A DNA stretch of 59,569 nucleotides, the filler included, from Dugesia japonica (Eukaryota), in assembly GCA_001938525.1 (NCBI GenBank). It is 6 parts of 6 records of this genome, joined end to end, with 100 filler letters (N's around TTAATTAATTAA, not from the genome) between each part and the next. Parts side by side here need not be neighbours in the genome. Positions count along the whole stretch, not along the records: positions 50,940 to 59,569 come from MQRL01623713.1; 5 more parts are not named here. One strand, 5' to 3'. The notes beneath the pieces are model-generated. The model saw nothing but the letters and a program-made list of their open reading frames with translations, was not told where the DNA came from and searched no databases. Shown here one piece after another: positions 51,990 to 59,569 of the stretch. The first letter of the stretch is position 1, and each line of letters begins with the position of its first letter. The position numbers were made by a program, and so were the translations under genes.

Positions 51990-52406
51990 CGCCTGGCATT
52001 AGTCTTTAGGAAGGGACCAATACTTATCCACGAAAACGTTCGCCCACATGTAACACAATTAATCCTATAAAAATGGAACGAGCTTGGCTACGAAACTTTG
52101 CCCCGTCCACCTTATTTGCCAGGCCTTTCATTAATTGATAACTACTTNTTCAAGCATCTACACAACTCCCTGCGTCAGAAGAGTTTCAAAAACTAAGGTG
52201 ATGCTGAAACTGCCTTCAACGAGATCGTCGACTCCAAAAACCCCTGAATTTTATTTTGCTGGAATTCAAAAACTTGTTTCTCGTTGACAAGACTGTGTAG
52301 ATAGTAATGAATTTTATTTTAATTAATAAACTTTATTATGAAATAAGTTATTTGTTGTTAGAGTTAAATGTTAAAAATCGACATTCCATTTTTTACTAAC
52401 TTAATA
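51990..52406 (+). mobile_element. mariner (cecropia/Hsmar1-like) 3' fragment with right TIR
   Basis: RKGPILIHENVRPH...LGYETLPRPPYLPGLSLIDNY.FKHL...; TIR-like aaatcgacattccatttttactaacttaaTA. Confidence 0.8.
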
Positions 52407-53159
52407 ATATGAGCATAAAATAGAAAATTTACTTTTTTCTGCTTTCAAGCTTAAAGTTTAGTAGATTTATTCATAAAGAATGCATCACGAGTAGTGATCC
52501 AAATAAATATTGCAAAATATTACGCAATACATTAAAATACAAAATTTGATAGGATATTCTTTTCAAAGATTTCAAAAATTACTCTCCTTGCAGTCGCATT
52601 ATTTGTATAGTCCGGTTAATGTATCTATACGGAGCTTTGACTGTATTTTCAACATAAAAACTTTTAAAATGTTTAACAATTCTTGCAGTAAAGAATTTAA
52701 TTAGATAATCAGATTTATTAACAATTTTTATTCTTTTCATATTTGGATGAACTCAATATGAATGATGTAATTAAACATTTAAGTATTAAAAATTCGATCA
52801 GTTTCCAATGATTTCCACTTTAGTCACATTCAAAAAATTATAAATGCAGATAAAAAATAAATAATTTTCTATAAAAAAAATTAATAATTAATATATTAAA
52901 AACAAAGTGATGTATGTTTATTTTTTTGGCGCGGTGATTAATAATATTCATAATATTTAAAAATTTTTAAAAGTTGTGATTTTTTATTACAGGTTTTCAA
53001 ATCTCAATTATTAATATGTATGTTTTTTGTGCGTGATGCTCAGAATTTTAAATTTTTTACCTCAAAACTAGTGATACAGATTTATATTTATTTTATAAAA
53101 TATTTATTAAAAATTAAAGATTTTAAAATTAATTCAAAAAATGACCAAGATGGTAAACT

Positions 53160-53750
53160 TCAATTATGATAATTTTAAAAATTTAAAAATTTCCAATGAA
53201 AGTTTTATTAAAAAAGAAAATGAAGATTTACGAAAGCAGAGAAATTAATTAATGTTTAATTTTAAAAATTAACATAAAAAATCTATTAACTTTAAAAATG
53301 AAAAAAAATGAAGAAAAATCAATGTTTCAGATGACAAAATTTTTAACATAATTTTAAAAATTTTAAAATTTCCAATGAAAGTCTTATTAAAAAAGAAAAT
53401 GAAAATTTACGAAAGCAGATAATTAATTAATGTTTAATTTTAAAAAATAACATAAAAAATCTATTAACTTTAAAAATGAAAAAAAAATGAAGAAAAATCA
53501 ATGTTTCAGATGACAAAATTTATAACATAATTTTAAAAATTTTAAAATTTCCATTGAAAGTTTTATTAAAAAAGAAAATGAAAATTTACGAAAGCAGATA
53601 ATTTTAAAAATTTTAAAATTTCCAATGAAAGTTTTATTAAAAAAGAAAATGAAAATTTACGAAAGCAGATAATTTTAAAAATTAACATAAAAAATCTATT
53701 AACTTTAAAAATGAAAAATCAATGTTTCAGATGACAAAATTTATAACGTT
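53160..53750. repeat. Tandem repeat with about 180 bp units and about 70 bp subunits
   Basis: aaatttccaatgaaagttttattaaaaaagaaaatgaaaatttacgaaagcaga occurs four times. Confidence 0.85.
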
Positions 53751-54599
53751 CAGCATAATCAGATCTACACCAGAAACACCGATCTACATCTATCGACAAT
53801 TTATCTGATTACTATTTACAAAAATAAAATGTAAGTAACTTACTTCAAATTTATACTAAACCAAAAAAAANNNNNNNNNNNNNNNNNNNNNNNNNNNNNN
53901 NNNNNNNNNNNNNNNNNNNNNNNNNNNNNNNNNNNNNNNNNNNNNNNNNNNNNNNNNNNNNNNNNNNNNNNNNNNNNNNNNNNNNNNNNNNNNNNNNNNN
54001 NNNNNNNNNNNNNNNNNNNNNNNNNNNNNNNNNNNNNNNNNNNNNNNNNNNNNNNNNNNNNNNNNNNNNNNNNNNNNNNNNNNNNNNNNNNNNNNNNNNN
54101 NATGGTAAGTATGTATTTTTATCTTTTCTTATATGAAAATATTATTATGATGCATAAATAAAATTAAATTCAAAACAAATTTAACAAATGTTTTTTTTCT
54201 ATGCACATTTTTTTATTACGGGCGATTTGCGACTCATAAACTATCTAGCTTATTATTAATTAATAATTGTTAGCTATTTTATTATTATTTATTAATTTAT
54301 TAATGAATAATTTAATTAATTATTATTAACAATTTTATTATTATTTATGAATTTATTATTAATGAATTATTTTATTATTATTTATTAATGAATTATTAAT
54401 GAATTATTTTATTATTATTTATTAATGAATTATTGTAATTAATTATTTTACTATTATTTATTAATTTATTATTAATGAATTATTTTATTATTATTTATTA
54501 ATTTATTAATGAATAATTTAATTAATTATGATTAACAATTGTATTATTATTTATTAATTAATTATTTTAATTAATTATTATTAACTATTTTATTATTTA

Positions 54600-54782
54600 C
54601 TAGCCATACCCGGTAACGCACTGCTGTGGCTCAGTTTGGTCGAATGATACAGAAAATAAAATAAAAGATAATTAATACGTTATGTGAGTAGCGATCCGTC
54701 AAAGTTTAAAGGCTATCGGTGAACAATTTTTGGAGTTTTTCGATTTTGAACAAACGAACATTTAAATTTTTATTTATATAGA
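54600..54782 (-). mobile_element. Short non-autonomous Helitron (Lep1-like)
   Basis: Minus strand 5'-TCTATATA... ending in GC-rich gccacagcagtgcgttaccgggtatgg-CTAG-3', inserted between A and T in an AT-rich minisatellite (54250-54850). Confidence 0.7.
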
Positions 54783-54957
54783 TTAATGAATTATTTTAAT
54801 GAATTATTTTATTATTATTAATTAATTTATTAACTATCTAGTTAATATATTAAAAAAATAAAAAAATATATATTTATATTTTTATAAACATTTAATGGAG
54901 AATATAACTTTTAATTTCATTAATTCTAATTAATAATGATTTGTGATTAATAAATAC

Positions 54958-55182
54958 CTTGTTTAATACAAGAATGGCCGGTTTATCTTTAAAATAATAA
55001 AGAGCTTTTAACAGTTCGATATTCAATTCTTCTTGAGAAGATTTGTGGCTGACATCAACAATACATATTACTGAAAATATCACTATCATAGAAATGTATT
55101 CAAATATTACGGATTATTACTCAAATCAGATTCAAATATACCAACATGAGGATCTCTGATCAAACTTTTATCCAATTTAAAT
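54958..55182 (-). CDS. ERAL1: Era-like GTPase (mitochondrial ERAL1), two internal exons (55182-55121, 55070-54958)
   Basis: Spliced FKLDKSLIRDPHVGIFESDLIICIVDVSHKSSQEELNIELLKALYYFKDKPAILVLNK matches the ERAL1 region up to the G4 NKxD motif; 50-bp GT-AG intron. Confidence 0.75.
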
Positions 55183-55438
55183 CTAAAGTAATTAAAATTT
55201 AATTCATTATATTTAACTCATCTTATCCAATCTACATCTACAGTAATACTACCATTAAACTGCAGAAAAATTGGTATAATTAAAGATCAAAGAATTAGAA
55301 CTGAGAATCTATCTTTACACGGAGAAATGAAATTAGCGTCTCTTAAGCTGATGAAAAATAAATTCCTAAATACTATTGGCTAATACTATTCCAAAATATT
55401 CTTTAAAGGAGAATTAGTAACAAAAAAAATATCACCAC

Positions 55439-55918
55439 CAGGGGTCGGCAACGCGGTACTCCCAATTTGAAATTTCTCGCATTCAAATATCTAAAAACTA
55501 GTAAATATTCATAGATGTAATAAAAATTTTAGTAAAGTCGTAAAAATTATAATTTCTCTATTGTAATAATTGTACAATTTATGTAAAATCGTTAATCACC
55601 TCTTTAAATTAAATTTTGAATAAGGACTCAATCAAAATTTTCTACTACTTGAGACATCTGTTTAAATATATAATAANNNNNNNNNNNNNNNNNNNNNNNN
55701 NNNNNNNNNNNNNNNNNNNNNNNNNNCTATTTTCTTTACCCACAATTCTCATTTCATATACGAGAATAGTGAGGATGAAAAATAAACTGATCATAAGATG
55801 TAGCATGTGCTCCTGTGTTTTTATCGAGGGGTGTGTGTGTTTGTGTCTTGTTTTGTGCCCGCCAAAATTTTATATTTCAGAAATAAGCCCGACGACTAAA
55901 AAAGGTTGCCAACCTCTG
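55439..55918. mobile_element. hAT-type MITE
   Basis: Imperfect 14-bp TIRs CAGGGGTCGGCAAC / GTTGCCAACCTCTG; 8-bp flanks match only partly; internal gap. Confidence 0.5.
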
Positions 55919-56008
55919 ATCTAAACCATAGGTGAAGTTTATTGTTTGCTTTAATAATTATTAAATTTTCAATGAAGTTCATGAAAATTATCGCCAGAAT
56001 GTGAGATA

Positions 56009-57529
56009 CGTGGTAAGGCTAAAAAGTCCCTATTACATATATCAATGCATTCAAAATCGTCTCCTTCCATTACAAAGCAAGAAAAACAATGAAATTAATG
56101 AAATAATTAATTTATGCCAAATATATCCAAACTTTATCGTAAACGTTGACAATCGATGTCACTAAAAAACGCATTATTATGCCAAGATTTCTAATAAAAA
56201 TTGACGTATTACTATGCCAACGGTGCCTAAATTTTAAACAAAAACGCATTAATACGTCAACAGACAACATAGCTTTTACAAAAATAATTAGACTGTATCA
56301 GAAATATTGAAGATATTTAAATAAAATTTTGCATGTAAAATAATATTCATATTCATAGGTATGAAATGTACGATTTGTTTTAATATGCTAATTTTTGTTT
56401 GCACCAAATTAGAATAATTAAAAAAAAATGTTCGATAATGTTGAATTTCGCAGTGTGATCCGAATTTCGCTTATCAAGGGAGCTGGCAAGAAGGAAATTA
56501 TTAATGAGCTTCAAGAGGTATATGGCGAAGAAGCCCTATCTAAGGCGACCATTTATAACTGGACCTGAGAATTTTTATCTTATCGAATAAGTGTTTTCCA
56601 TGCAACCAAAAGTGGAAGACCTGTCGAAATTAGTTAAGAAATTACTAAAAAATTGAAAGATATTGTGACAAATGAAAGAAAAATTACTCAAATGTAGTTG
56701 TTTGAGAGGTTGAATGTATACAAGAGAACCGTCCAGCTGCTTCTAGAACAAATGGGAATCCGAAAGTTGTGTAGCAGGTTTCTGTCGTGATTATTAACAG
56801 CTGGGATGATGGTCAGACGAAAAATGGCCTGTGAAAAGAATCTTCGTCTTCTGGATGCAGTCGGGCACGTTTTTTGTCTAATATAATAACTTCAGACGAG
56901 ACGCCATGGAGTCTCTACCTTCCTTACTTTAAAAAAGAGTCAACGGAATGGATTTTCGAAAATGAGAAGCTATCAAAGGTCTTGCCTCTAAGAATTTCAC
57001 ATCGTAAATGTGCTATGCTGACCGTCTTTTTCGATAAAAATGGTATCGTGAAGCTAGATTTTAATGAAGAAATCATAAAATCGGATTACTACAGTAATGT
57101 CATACTTGAAACCTGAAACATCCGTCGCAGCCAGGATCTTTATTTACTACATGATAACGCTCCTATTCACACATTCAAGAAAACACAAGAAACATTAAAA
57201 AAAGCTAGATTTGTGCCTCTGGATCATCCTCCATACACTCCAGATCTTGCCCCAAGTGATTTCTGGTTGTTCAATTATCTGAAGAAACATGTGCGAGGAA
57301 ATAGGTTTGTTTCAAAGGACAATGTGACGAAATTCCTCATGCAGAAGGATAAAAAATTCTTTGAAAGAGGCTTCGATGGAATGGTCCACCACTGGAAAAA
57401 GTGTGTCAATGTAAACGGGGTTTATGTCGAAAAATGAAACCTATGAATGTATATTTATTGTTAATTAAATTTTGTTAAGTTGACTTCATCATTTCTAGTA
57501 GAGTCTAAGGACTTTTTAGACTTATCACG
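56009..57529 (+). mobile_element. Full-length mariner (DD34D-type) element with TIRs and TA TSD; transposase pseudogene 56428-57437
   Basis: TA|CGTGGTAAGGCTAAAAAGTCC ... GGACTTTTTAGACTTATCACG|TA; ITSDETPW, LHDNAPIH, HPPYTPDLAPSDFWLF; several stops. Confidence 0.93.
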
Positions 57530-58465
57530 TAAATTGTTACCCATTGCAAGACCACCTTTTTGTTTAGAAAGTTGTTCACCGATGAAAATGCTATCATAGA
57601 AGAAACACAAATTAATCAGATATAATAAAATGAATTCCTAAATAACGAATTTCCAAATATTTACCTTCGAATAAAAAACTTTAATAAAATCAAGCCAAAA
57701 ACAAACACAGTAATTAAATTACTTTTTGTTAATGAGAAATTTAGCCCTATCATGCTAAACATAATGAAAAAAAAATCAAAATTCAAGCACCATCCAAGGA
57801 TAATATTCAAAGAATAAAATATCTAATTTCGAAAACCAAGACAACACTTTTGTGATCCGAAAAGCATTTGTGATAGAATATATTATTTGTTTTAATGTAT
57901 CAATATCAATTTATAATGCACATGTGTTAAAAACATATATAAAAGTTTGGTTTTAGACATTATTCATTATTTTCAAGATCAAAGTTGAAACTTTTACAAA
58001 GAAACATGTTTATTTAATGGTTGTCAAATATGGAAAACCTCAGAAGTTTCTCGAGTATGAAATGGTTTTCTTCAAGAAACCGATAATGTTTGCTTTTCAA
58101 GCACTATTTATTAAAAAATTAAATATTTTCAAAATTACGAAAATAAACTAAGGCGTAGATCAAAAAAGTTTCAAAAAATGTTTCTTTTTAAAANTTTTAT
58201 TAAAGTAACAAAAACTTTTTCAAAAAATATTTTTTATTTTTTCCAATTTTTTGATTTTATCTTCTTCAGGAGTTGTCTATTTATTATCAATAATCTTTAT
58301 TAATAATTTTCTTTAAAACCCTGTAACTTTCAAGAGATGTGCTTGTTTATGATGCTGGTTTATGAAAAAAGTTCAAATGATCTAAAAACTCTAAATGATC
58401 TATTTACAAGAATCAATAATCTAATGGGAATGGAGGAAACAACTTTAATACATTCAATCCATAAA

Positions 58466-58595
58466 AAGTAACAGTTTGGTGTTGTTTATGGTCGGGAGAT
58501 GTAATTGGTCCGCGATTTTTGAAAACAAAAATGGCAATGCAGTTACTGTGAATGGAAAATGCTACAGGAACATAATTACCGATTTTTTGTGGAAT
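58466..58595 (+). mobile_element. rosa/DD41D-like Tc1-mariner transposase fragment
   Basis: KVTVWCCLWSGDVIGP / FENKNGNAVTVNGKCYRNIITDFLW. Confidence 0.65.
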
Positions 58596-59569
58596 TTATT
58601 TTTTATCAACTTGAGAGAAATCAATTTCATTTCTTCATTTGACGATAGTCTCTCAGCTCGAATTTTTCTGTCTTTAATTATAGCAATTTTCTGCAGTCTG
58701 GCGGTAGTATTACTACTCCATGGTAATATATGTACACTGCGCAATGGTTTCATATAAAGCTGGGTAGTTAATATTTCACCTATATATGTATCCTTACATC
58801 CATTTTATAAGTGACATTTTGCTTATTGCATATATTTCTACCATCACAAATGCATTTGGGACCACAAATGTTTTGTCTTGGTTTTTGTTATTGGATACCC
58901 AAAAGTGCTTGCGTTATAAATATAATTCTTGGATTTTGATTGAGTTTAGAATTTTTTATTATATTTTGCATGATTTGGCTACATTTCTCATTAATAAAAG
59001 GTAATTTANTTACTGTATTTGTCTTTTGTTTGATTTCATTAAATTTTATATACGAGGGTAGATATTTAGATACAATTTTATTTGGATAACCATTATTAAG
59101 AAATTTATTTTTTATCAACCTGAGGGAAGTCAGTCTCATTTCTTTGTTTTAAGATAGCCTTTACTCTCTAATTTTTTCACCCTAGATTATTCCAATTTTC
59201 TGTCTGAATGTAGTATTACTACTCCAATGTAATATATGTCCACTGTGAAATGGTTTCATATACAACTCGTTAAGTAATAATTCACCAGGTTTCTTTTGTA
59301 TTAAGGTGTCCAGAAAATAAATCGATTGACTTCTCTGAAGTGAATTTAATGTTATCATTAATACTATTGGCTAGTTCTAAAACATTTTCTAAAGAAGTAT
59401 TAGTAACAAAGAAAATATCGTTTATATATCTGAACCAAAGATGTATCTTCTTCTCAGCTTTGAGAATAATTTTATTTTCAATGAAGTTCATAAAGATTAT
59501 CGTATGAATAGGTGACAAATTGTTACCCATTGCCAGACCACTTTTTTGTTTAAAAAGTTGTTCACCGAT
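58595..59569 (-). mobile_element. Penelope-like element RT fragments (tandem partial copies; others at 55230-55420, 55950-56008 and 57530-57900)
   Basis: KQKSGLAMGNNLSPI..IFMNFIE..WFRYINDIF (PLE RT YxDD), KPFHSGHILHWSS, FLNNGYP, KLPFINE. Confidence 0.85.

Noticed and set aside
58240-58275. Second hammerhead-like motif (minus CTGAAGAAGATAAAATCAAAA) near Penelope fragments
   Set aside because: Lacks the essential GAAA and has no convincing stem I.

Overview
AT-rich eukaryotic (animal) genomic DNA, most likely from a planarian/triclad flatworm. This is inferred from (AAT)n microsatellites, 44-51 bp introns, the TE complement and an 18S rRNA fragment. It is a draft scaffold with many N gaps and artificial TTAATTAATTAA contig linkers. 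The window is mostly decayed mobile DNA: two Polinton/Maverick (adintovirus-like) remnants and an isolated Polinton terminus with RFX X-boxes; several Gypsy fragments, one carrying a piece of 18S rRNA and one beside a chuvirus-like glycoprotein fragment; and MULE, mariner, Penelope, Helitron and hAT pieces. Host exons include an ERAL1/Era GTPase and one unknown gene. The most striking feature is a family of about 4.4 kb solo-LTR-like elements with TGTTGGGG...CCCCAACA ends and a 4-bp ATAC TSD, present in three copies (5920-9420 minus, 11868-16265 plus, 30707-32290 plus). All three share a four-CCAAT + TATA promoter with conserved spacing and a candidate leader-exon donor ending in A. Copies 1 and 2 also retain four conserved short ORFs behind separate splice acceptors; in copy 2, ORF1-3 are each followed by AATAAA. 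ORF3 and ORF4 have no ATG at their start and begin AG|TG in both copies, so splicing to the A-ending leader would create the start codon (A|TG). ORF3 ends in a conserved LC8-binding motif (DKGTQT) and ORF4 has a W-acidic (WDD) motif resembling kinesin-light-chain ligands. The splicing model and the motif functions are inferences that still need testing.
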